The notes beneath the pieces were generated by a model that was not told the origin of the DNA, ran no database searches, and worked only from the letters and a program-made list of their open reading frames with translations. The position numbers were made by a program, and so were the translations under genes. A stretch of 37,958 bases of DNA, taken from contig NC_068986.1 in assembly GCF_001194135.2 (NCBI RefSeq), positions 96,865,831 to 96,903,788 of the forward strand. The letters are read 5' to 3'. The stretch comes from Octopus bimaculoides. Lineage: Eukaryota. Of this stretch, positions 29,854 through 37,958 are shown one piece after another (positions within the stretch are counted from its first letter, which is position 1; each line of letters opens with the position of its first letter).

Positions 29854-30963
29854 ATGTTGGAAACAGAAGAAAAACCTCACATATGTGATGTTTGTGGGGA
29901 GCTGTTCCCTGTGGATTCTGACTTATTAGTTCATAAATGTACTCACAATGGAAATAATATAATCAAATGTGAAAATTGTGATAAAATATTTTCTTGTATC
30001 AGTCAGTTGTCAGTCCACAAACGTCTACACACTGGACAAAAAACATACCAATGTAGTATTTGTGAGAAAGTATTTGCTTACAGAAGTACTTTAGCAGTTC
30101 ATGAAAGTACACATGCTGAAAGAAAACCATACTGCTGTGAGATTTGTGGAAAAAAATTTTCAACGAAGAATAACTTTACAAATCATAAACACATTCACAC
30201 AGGAAAAAAACCATACTCCTGTGAACATTGTGGGAAAGCATTTTCCAGTCAGAGTAACTTATTTTACCACAAGCGCCAAAACACCATAGAAAAATCATTG
30301 CAGTGTGATATTTGTGAGAAAATATTTTCTTATAATTGCCAACTGTCGGATCATAAACGTACCCACCTTGGCAAAAAGTCTTACCAGTGTGACATTTGCA
30401 TGAAAAAATGCTGTAATAATTACACTTTATCAAACCATAAACGTATTCATACAGGGGAAAAACCATTTCAATGTGACATCTGTGGGAAATCTCTTTCTTC
30501 TAGCACTAATTTATCATATCATAAGCGAATGCATACTGGAGAAAAACCATATCAGTGTCAACTCTGTGGAAAAGCATTTTCTTACAAATTTAAATTATCA
30601 AATCATGTACGTACACACACTGAAGAAAAACCTACCTGTGAAATATGTGGCAAAGAATTTTCTGGAAATGATAAATTATCAATTCATAGGCGTATTCACA
30701 CTGGTGAAAAGCCATACAAGTGTGGTATTTGTGGGAAAGCTTTTTCTGATGGCAGCAATCTTATAGCTCATAAACGTACACATACAGGAGAAAAGCCATA
30801 TCCCTGTGATATCTGTGGGAAAGCATTTTCTTTTAGCAGCAGATTATTACTTCATAAACGTATTCATACTGGAGAGAAACCATATCTCTGTGATATCTGT
30901 GGGAAAACAGTTTCTGATAGCAGCAATTTATCAGCCCATAAACGTATTCACATTTGGGAATAG
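29854..30963 (+). CDS. C2H2 poly-zinc-finger protein ZF3, 13 fingers (finger 5 lacks its second His), 369 aa
   Basis: Intact ORF starting MLETEEKP, with tandem C2H2 repeats and TGEKP linkers. Confidence 0.95.
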   Translation: MLETEEKPHICDVCGELFPVDSDLLVHKCTHNGNNIIKCENCDKIFSCISQLSVHKRLHTGQKTYQCSICEKVFAYRSTLAVHESTHAERKPYCCEICGKKFSTKNNFTNHKHIHTGKKPYSCEHCGKAFSSQSNLFYHKRQNTIEKSLQCDICEKIFSYNCQLSDHKRTHLGKKSYQCDICMKKCCNNYTLSNHKRIHTGEKPFQCDICGKSLSSSTNLSYHKRMHTGEKPYQCQLCGKAFSYKFKLSNHVRTHTEEKPTCEICGKEFSGNDKLSIHRRIHTGEKPYKCGICGKAFSDGSNLIAHKRTHTGEKPYPCDICGKAFSFSSRLLLHKRIHTGEKPYLCDICGKTVSDSSNLSAHKRIHIWE

Positions 30964-31014
30964 CTATATTGCTGCAAAGTTACCAGCAACTCTGTCTACA
31001 ATAATCAATGCTGA

Positions 31015-32660
31015 TCTTGGGAAACATGCAATACTGTATCTCATTCCCAAGAACGGCAACATTTCTGACTCTCCTAATTATCATTCTATTTCATTTACAA
31101 TATTACTAAGGTAATAGAAACAGCCATTAGCAATTACCCTCTAACATCTCTCTTTTTAATGACCAGCTGTATGATTTCCCTTAAGCCAAATCCACTAGTC
31201 ACTTCCATATGTCACCCACTAATGGGCTCTTACCTTGGAGATATTTGGTGAAAGCTCTGTTTTCACCCTCAACATCAGCCAAACTTTCAACTATGTCTGA
31301 CATATGAATCTGCTATCGCCTGCTTATGAGCTTCACATGTCTCTTATTACTTGGATCAGTAACTTTTTATCAGATTATATTATTGTGGCATGTCTTGACA
31401 GAGCTGTTAGTGCCCCTTATTCTATAAATTCTAGTGTACACCAAAGTTTGATTTTGTTTCCTCAATACTTCTCCTTCCATATTAATGGTCTTGTCATCAT
31501 GTTCAACAATGTCTACTCTATGTAAATGACCTTACCCTTCATTCTCGCTCGACCCTACCCAACAATGTATCAGTCTCATGCAATTCAGACACCCAAAGGT
31601 CAAACGTGCCCTAACTCCATGAATGGGGATTGTAAAAGTAGACATTTGAGCGAGATCGTTGCCAGTGCCGCCGAACTGGCTCCTGTGCAGGTGACACGTA
31701 AAATACACCATTTTGAGCGTGGTCATTGCCAGTATCACCTGACTGGCCTTCGTGCCGGTGGCACGTAAAAGCACCCACTACACTCTTGGAGTGGTTGGCG
31801 TTAGGAAGGGCATCCAGCTGTAGAAACTCTGCCAAATCAGATTGGAGCCTGGTGTAGCCATCTGGTTTTCACCAGTCCTCAGTCAAATCGTCCAATCCAT
31901 GCTAGCATGGAAAGCGGACGTTAAACGACGATGATGATGATGATGATGATGATCATTGAACGGAGATATGTTAGTCTTGTCCCTTTCAACAGCAAGAAAA
32001 CACAAATGTTACTCATCAAGATATTATCATCATACCTCACCCTCTTAAACATGGACTGCATGCTACTAGAGACCTTGCCATTGTTCCAAATGTTGGGCCT
32101 CATTATTATTGAGGACCTCTCCTGACAGAAGCATATCTCTAATGTAGCGAGGCAAACAGCCCAATACTGATCATTCTTTTTAGAGTCAGAAGATACTTCA
32201 GCTCCCAACAACTATTGATACACCATACATCTCAGGAGAGACCCAAAATGTAGCATTACTCTTCCATCTGGGATGTTGCTGTTGTTTCACATGCAGACAT
32301 TCTTAACCAATTTCCAAGAAGAACCATCTGACTGAGTTGCTAAAATGTCAGTCACAGACATACTCCAGCATCTGGACCAAAGATGTGTTGTATTCTTGCT
32401 TCTGCCTTTTCTACTGCAGCTATAATGGTTTCTACTCTTTGGTGCTGGTTAGGCTGATATCTCTATGCAGACGTTTCTCACCAACATGTTTCTACTCCTT
32501 CGATCACCCAAGTCTGCAGAATTTCATAAGTTTCTGTAGCGTTTTCGTCCAGTCTAACCCAAAACCTTATTGCATAGCAATCTTCCAAATTATCTTCACG
32601 TCCCGACAGTATTCTGCAAACTGGTCAGCTGTGACATGCAGTATTTCGTAGAGTGTGTTC
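31015..32660 (+). mobile_element. Old CR1/Jockey-group LINE reverse transcriptase remnant, starting ~50 bp after the ZF3 stop and split by an RTE insertion
   Basis: Degenerate RT motifs in order: IPKNGNISDSPNYHSIS (PK..NYRPIS), LNISQTFNYV (DISKAFD), WISNFLSD, INSSVHQSLIL (GVPQGSVL), VPFNSKKTQ and LGLIIIEDLS*QKHI. Confidence 0.75.
31645..31953 (+). mobile_element. RTE-type LINE 3' end, young copy nested in the older LINE
   Basis: Near-identical to 6899-7174, with a long (GAT)n tail. Confidence 0.9.
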
Positions 32661-32754
32661 AAAGAGATATTACAGCTATTTCTTTCATTCTGAAATTAAA
32701 AAAAGAAAAAGAAAATGGTAGGTCATCTTATTAAATGTGTAGTAACGATTTACT

Positions 32755-33149
32755 GTGGAGGCGCAATGGCCCACTGGTTAGGGCGGCGGACTCGCGGTCA
32801 TAGAATCGCGGTTTCGATTCCCAGGCCGGCCGTTGTGAGTGTTTATTGAGCGAAAACACCTAAAACTCCACGAGGCTCCGGCAGGGGATGGTGGCGAACC
32901 CTGCTGTACTCTTTCACCACAGCTTTCTCTCACTCTTACTTCCTGTTTCTGTTGTGCCTGTAATTCAAAGGGTCAGCCTTGTCACACTCTGTGTCACGCT
33001 GAATACCCCCGAGAACTACGTTAAGGGTACACGTGTCTGTGGAGTGCTCAGCCACTTGCACGTTAATTTCACGAGCAGGCTGTTCCGTTGATCGGATCGA
33101 CTGGAACCCTCGACGTCGTAAGCGACTGAGTGCCAACAACAACAACAAT
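32755..33149 (+). mobile_element. tRNA-derived SINE, family A, full length with 8-bp TSD
   Basis: gtggaggcgcaatggccc...gagtgcc(aac)n. TSD gatttact at 32747-32754 and 33150-33157. Confidence 0.93.
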
Positions 33150-33256
33150 GATTTACTAAAATTATAGTAATCTAAGACAGTTATAACTGCCTCTCTTAAA
33201 TAAGTTTCAAATCTTCTGGAATGCACCTCATTTTGAAGTAAAAGAAGCCTTATTAT

Positions 33257-33550
33257 TATTGTTGTTGTTGTTTGTCGAGCCATGCCTGGCTCATAAGGGC
33301 TGGTTTCCCGGTTTCACTGGCGTATAGATTCCCCACCTGGACGGGACGCCAGTCCATTGCAGGTGAGCTGCTAGATGCAGGAGGAAAGAGTGAGAGAAAG
33401 TTGTGGCGAAGGAGCCAGCAGAAGTTCGCCATTACCTTCTGCCGGAGCCGCGTGGAGCTTAGGTGTTTCGCTCATAAACACACACACACACACATCACCC
33501 GGTCTGAGATTCGAACCCGCTGCTCTGACCACTAAGCCACGTGCCTCTGC
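33257..33550 (-). mobile_element. tRNA-derived SINE, family E (family A central domain, different 3' tail), 13-bp TSD
   Basis: Minus strand has A box tggcttagtgg, B box ggttcgaatc, centre gagcgaaacacctaagctccacgcggctccggcag...actttctctcactctt and tail cctgcaatggactggcgtcccgtccagg...(aac)n. TSD gaagccttattat at 33244-33256 and 33551-33563. Confidence 0.9.
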
Positions 33551-33734
33551 GAAGCCTTATTATGTTGAAAAAAATTCTTTATGTTGAAAAATTTCTTCTG
33601 AATTAGTTAAGTACTTGAGAACACATTTTACCTTTCGTCTTTTCTACTTAACATTATACTAAAACTACAGCGTTTGTAGTTATGTTAGCGCTAACATGTA
33701 AATGGCACCTAAGAATAATTTATTGCTAATTAAG

Positions 33735-33968
33735 CTCAAGTCAGCTGTGATCAAAGGTATTCCAGATATGACTATCCTGTCTTTTATTCAGACATTGTAC
33801 CTTGGTCTACATTATCGAATGTATCCAACATCCATTGTTTTTAATTGAGATCTATTGGATCTGAGATCACCTTTTTCAATGTGCTCTTTTTCTAAGAAGT
33901 TATCTGAGGGAGATTTGACAGCTATTTCTAGCTGGCCGAACGACTATGTAAAGGCTCTCCTGTTGGCT
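33735..33968 (+). repeat. Old interspersed repeat of unknown class (best copy in window)
   Basis: Aligns with 25065-25232 (+) and 34645-34812 (-). Weaker copies probably lie near 16205-16510 and 29240-29400. Confidence 0.6.
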
Positions 33969-34999
33969 CATGCAGGTCGCAGTACGGTGAATTAATGTTT
34001 AGTAGACCGACATCTCTGTTTTACACATTCAGGTAACAATTTATCAAAATAAATTGTTTTGATATCGTCAACAATTACAAATATCTCATTAATTTGTTAT
34101 TAGCGATGGAAGCAGTATTAGTTCAGAATAGTATTCTGTATATCTTACTTAACGTGGATATACTGTAAGAAAGCCACAACACTGCGGTATTCGTCTTGAG
34201 AAAGCATTTCGTATAGACGCATAAAGCTAAAAGAAGTATCAGCAGCAGCAACAGCAGACGAAAGCGTCCAGCAGCGTCGGTGGAATTGCTAGATGCAGGA
34301 TTTCTGCGTATTTGATTGCTGTGATTCCCTTAACAAGATGTTGACTAGCTGTAGTCCTTTTAAACCCTAAACTACTGTAGTACTTTGTCCTGACTCTAGA
34401 GGGAGAGGATAGGATTAGGTGGTAGAGTCTAGTTCGAGGATTTCCATAGTTCTCAAAGCGAAAGCTTGGTACTCGACTTTTCAAGGCTTCTGCACGCACG
34501 CATAAGTATGCATATTTGATATCTTTTTCTTCAATACATAGTGTTGGTTTAGCACTGACCACTCAGTTGCTGTCTGCTGCATGGAAGCAATCTACTTGGA
34601 ATAGTAGCGTTAGATTGTTATAAGTCTCAGAGTAGAAACCATACTTTGATAGGTCAACGAGGAAGCTTCCATGTGGTCATTCGTTGTGTAAGAAACAGCT
34701 GACAAATTTCCTTCAAATTCTATTCTATCATCTTAAAATGGTTAAATATACTGGATAATCTAATATTGAGTATACTGTTAGAAAAGATGACAAGATAGTC
34801 ACAGTTAAAATACCAATCCAATTGTATTTCTGACCTTGATTTTCCGTAATATATGTGAACGTCTTAAAAAAACAGCAGAAGCCACGAAGTAAGCTATGAG
34901 ATATCTATAAAAGTGTCTTATAAAGTTTGCAAAATATTCGTACAGACACTGCTAGATAATATTTGCAAATACTTTGGAAAAATACACGATAATGTCAAC

Positions 35000-36500
35000 A
35001 GTAGCTATGATTAAGATAGGAAGTAGCATACTTTTAAAATCACTGGTTCACGCAATGCGACTGCAATTATACACCAGAAATAGCCAAACTCATAAAAGCA
35101 TGAGACAACTTCAAACACAATAAAGCAAAACATTGCATAGCCAAAATAAAACCCAGCATCAAAGAATGAGGTAGAAAAATATAAATAAACTTCAGAAAAG
35201 TGACCAATATTTAGATCTAACATAAGCCACAAAACAAATACTAAACTACCAGAAAGAGAGAGTCATTATTATCATTGTGATTGTTGTCATAGTCGTCATC
35301 GTCATCGTCATCAACAACAACGGTCAGACGACATATATACACTGCAACGCCAAATAAACACCCTTATCAGACAATACGGGAAAACCAGCCACCAGAAACC
35401 TATACAAAGGATGGTTTTGACCCTTTCTGTTAGACACCACAAAAAGCGTTAGGAATATCTAAAATCCCCATGACAATTCTAAAGCACAATAAAAACCCAA
35501 GTGATGTAATAAACCATCAAGAATTTGAGAAAGGAAAAGCTAATCTTTCGTACCACAAACCCTCCTCTTCAAATCACAAATCATAACACAGACCATTTCT
35601 TTTAACCATCACACTGCTCGTAAATCTTCCATACCTTTCGTTGTAATTACCATCGGCATCAGCAAAGCTTTCAACTTGATTTCTCGTTACACACTCATAA
35701 AAAGCACTCAACATTACAAAAATACTGGCTAGCAATGCAGCAATCTGGTTGCCAGGCAAAGTACTAATCGAATCACAATGCCTAAACAGTGTGCAGAAAG
35801 AACACTTCCAGCTATTGCAATTTTCCGGGGAATATGAAGTAAATCCATTCTCTTATTCACTCCTTTCATACTATGCTTGCAAGAATTTGCTCTCCGTAAA
35901 ACATACTCAGAGAGCCTCATACGCAGATGACATCGTAGTCCCCTCTCATATTCAGATACTCTTGCACAACTACTGTACAATTCATCTAGAAACTTGACTT
36001 CATAAAAGTACCAACCAAATCCACTGTGTCCTTTGTTACAACAGCAGAAAACATTCAAATGCAACCAATCATCTCACTGGTGCACAAATACAGCGAAACA
36101 AAAATATTAAAACCAATGAGATGTGAGGGGCACAGTTTGTTGCTCCAATAAGCTTTAAAGTTCGCAGTCCTCGTCACTATGAAAAAAACTACCTCCAAAG
36201 ACCTAGAGTACTATTGTGACAATAAAGAAATAACTGCCGATCAATAGCATCACCTGGTCCAAACATTGCCAGGTACACATAAGCGGAGAGAATCTATAAC
36301 AGTTGGTCACTGACGGAGTCCTCTTTCGCTGCCTCTGCTGAGGCTACCACCATCATTGGTAGGCAGATAGCAATAGATGGGAGAGTACTAAGGATACATG
36401 ACCAGACTGCACTCTGTATCCAACGCGATTTTGGAATTCTGGGTCGCGCATCGGTGTTTGGCCATCTACCTGCATGTCATGGAACTGTTCATCAAATACT
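35000..36500 (+). mobile_element. Highly degenerate non-LTR retrotransposon RT remnant
   Basis: GISKAFN (DISKAFD-like, ~35655-35675) followed at RT-like spacing by ASYADDIVV (YADD at 35920-35931). Strand is A/C-rich. Boundaries and clade are uncertain. Confidence 0.6.
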
Positions 36501-36591
36501 GGCCTTGTGCTACAAAATACTAACCATAATTACGAGCTATAACCCAGATGGTAGAGAACAAATATCTTTCGTAGGACCAACATAGTTTCTT

Positions 36592-36823
36592 ATTTCTTTG
36601 TTACCCACAAGGGGCTACACACAGAGGGGACAAACAAGGACAGACAAAGGGATTAAGTCGATTACATCGACCCCAGTGCGTAACTGATACTTAATTTATC
36701 GACCCCAAAAGTATGAAAGGCAAAGTCGACCTCGGCGGAATTTGAACTCAGTACGTAACGGCAGACGAAATACCGCTAGGCATTTCGCCCGGCGTGCTAA
36801 CGTTTCTGCCAGCTCACCGCCTT
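36592..36823 (-). mobile_element. tRNA-derived SINE family C, intact, 16-bp TSD
   Basis: Minus strand head ggcggtgagctggcagaaacgttagc and B box gagttcaaattcc. TSD accaacatagtttctt at 36576-36591 and 36824-36839. Confidence 0.93.
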
Positions 36824-37958
36824 ACCAACATAGTTTCTTGTGCTCTGTGATTCAACCGAACCATTATGTAACACACGAGTATGAAACGATTCACTATTAC
36901 GAATTTTGATGGTTAGGTCAAACGCTGATCGTTTCAATCGCTTCTGGTCCTGTGTATCTCGGCCGAGAGTGAATTGCTTAAAACTTTCAAGCATTAAATT
37001 TATCTAGCCCATTTATATATTGCACTGAATTCTTTTCTTTTCGAGGTTTTTGACATCATCAGTATTTTGGTATTTTCAGCGTGAATGGCTGTGTTGACTA
37101 TATGAAATATAAAAAAAAAACAGGTAAAAGCAGTTAGAGAGAGAGAGAGAGGTGTGAATGCATGTAAGTACATGCACAAACATATATACATACGAGTAAA
37201 TACACACACACACACAAATACATGCATACCTATTTACATACATACACATATACGTATTCCTTTCTAAAGTCGACTTTGCCTATCAACCTCTCAGGGACGA
37301 TAAAGTACTAGTTCAACACTAGAGTCAATTCTTCTCTCACTATTTCACTCTCTCCATCGCTCTCTCTCTAGAAGAAATTGTCTTTGGAGAGGTACGGGAA
37401 GTGAAGAGAAATGAACTGCAGCAGCTGTAAGCTACGCAAAATTAGCAATTAGTCTGGATTTTATCATCGTGAATCGAACGCCAAGGAAGCAAGGATATAT
37501 TTTATTCTATTATGCGCTTTCGTTCTTTCTTGTTTTTGACAAATATGTATCCAAATTCATTATCACATAAATCACTATATACTATATATGAAAAAGCAGT
37601 ACCCAAATTGTGAAATTTGTCTGAGATATGCGTAAATAGTATATAATAGCTAATCCGAGGGGGGGAAAAAAAAATGGTTAATGGGCAAAGGGAAATAAAT
37701 CTTGTATCATAAAGCATGTTATATTAAGAGTTATTTCCCATAGATTGTTATTTCTTCAGGATGACTTATGTAAAAAAAAAAAAAAGTTGAAATTACTTTT
37801 TAGTGGTAATGAGAAATGATGTTACGTCATACATTGCAACAAGAATGAAGGAAAAATTAGTGATAAAATCACAGTATATACGCGGGCGCACATACACACA
37901 ATCATACGCATATAATGTAAAGTAAATAAATATGATGTGTAATTCTCTCTTTATATAT

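Noticed and set aside
9536-33149. Recurrent near-identical repeats as a CRISPR-like or programmed array
   Set aside because: The copies are dispersed, flanked by individual TSDs and irregularly spaced, as expected for ordinary retroposon insertions in a eukaryote.

Overview
Eukaryotic, AT-rich, repeat-dense scaffold with five N gaps. It most likely comes from an octopus (inference from the tandem C2H2 zinc-finger genes, the tRNA-derived SINE families, the (GAT)n-tailed RTE LINE ends and the microsatellite load; no database was searched). The core is three same-strand, single-coding-exon C2H2 zinc-finger genes: ZF1 7670-9361 (19 fingers), ZF2 20384-21400 (11 fingers) and ZF3 29854-30963 (13 fingers, one degenerate). 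None has a recognisable effector domain. The three appear to share a non-coding architecture: an upstream exon ending in a GTAAG donor, a 3.6-4.1 kb TE-filled intron, a paralogous acceptor and a roughly 290-390 nt leader. ZF1 and ZF2 also share an ETS-like promoter site and a uORF. The rest is nested mobile DNA: a Gypsy integrase with a 3' LTR, RTE, CR1/Jockey-like and Penelope-like retroelements, a Helitron with a PIF1 helicase remnant and extra Helitron termini, hAT, mariner and pogo MITEs, and modular SINEs, several with clear TSDs. A TATA/CCAAT/E-box promoter at the left edge points out of the window. No prokaryotic features, CRISPR arrays, rRNA or true tRNA genes were seen. The best leads are the conserved non-coding cassette of the ZF paralogs, finger-module shuffling, Helitron ends just upstream of two ZF first exons, and SINE module swapping with an inverted pair.
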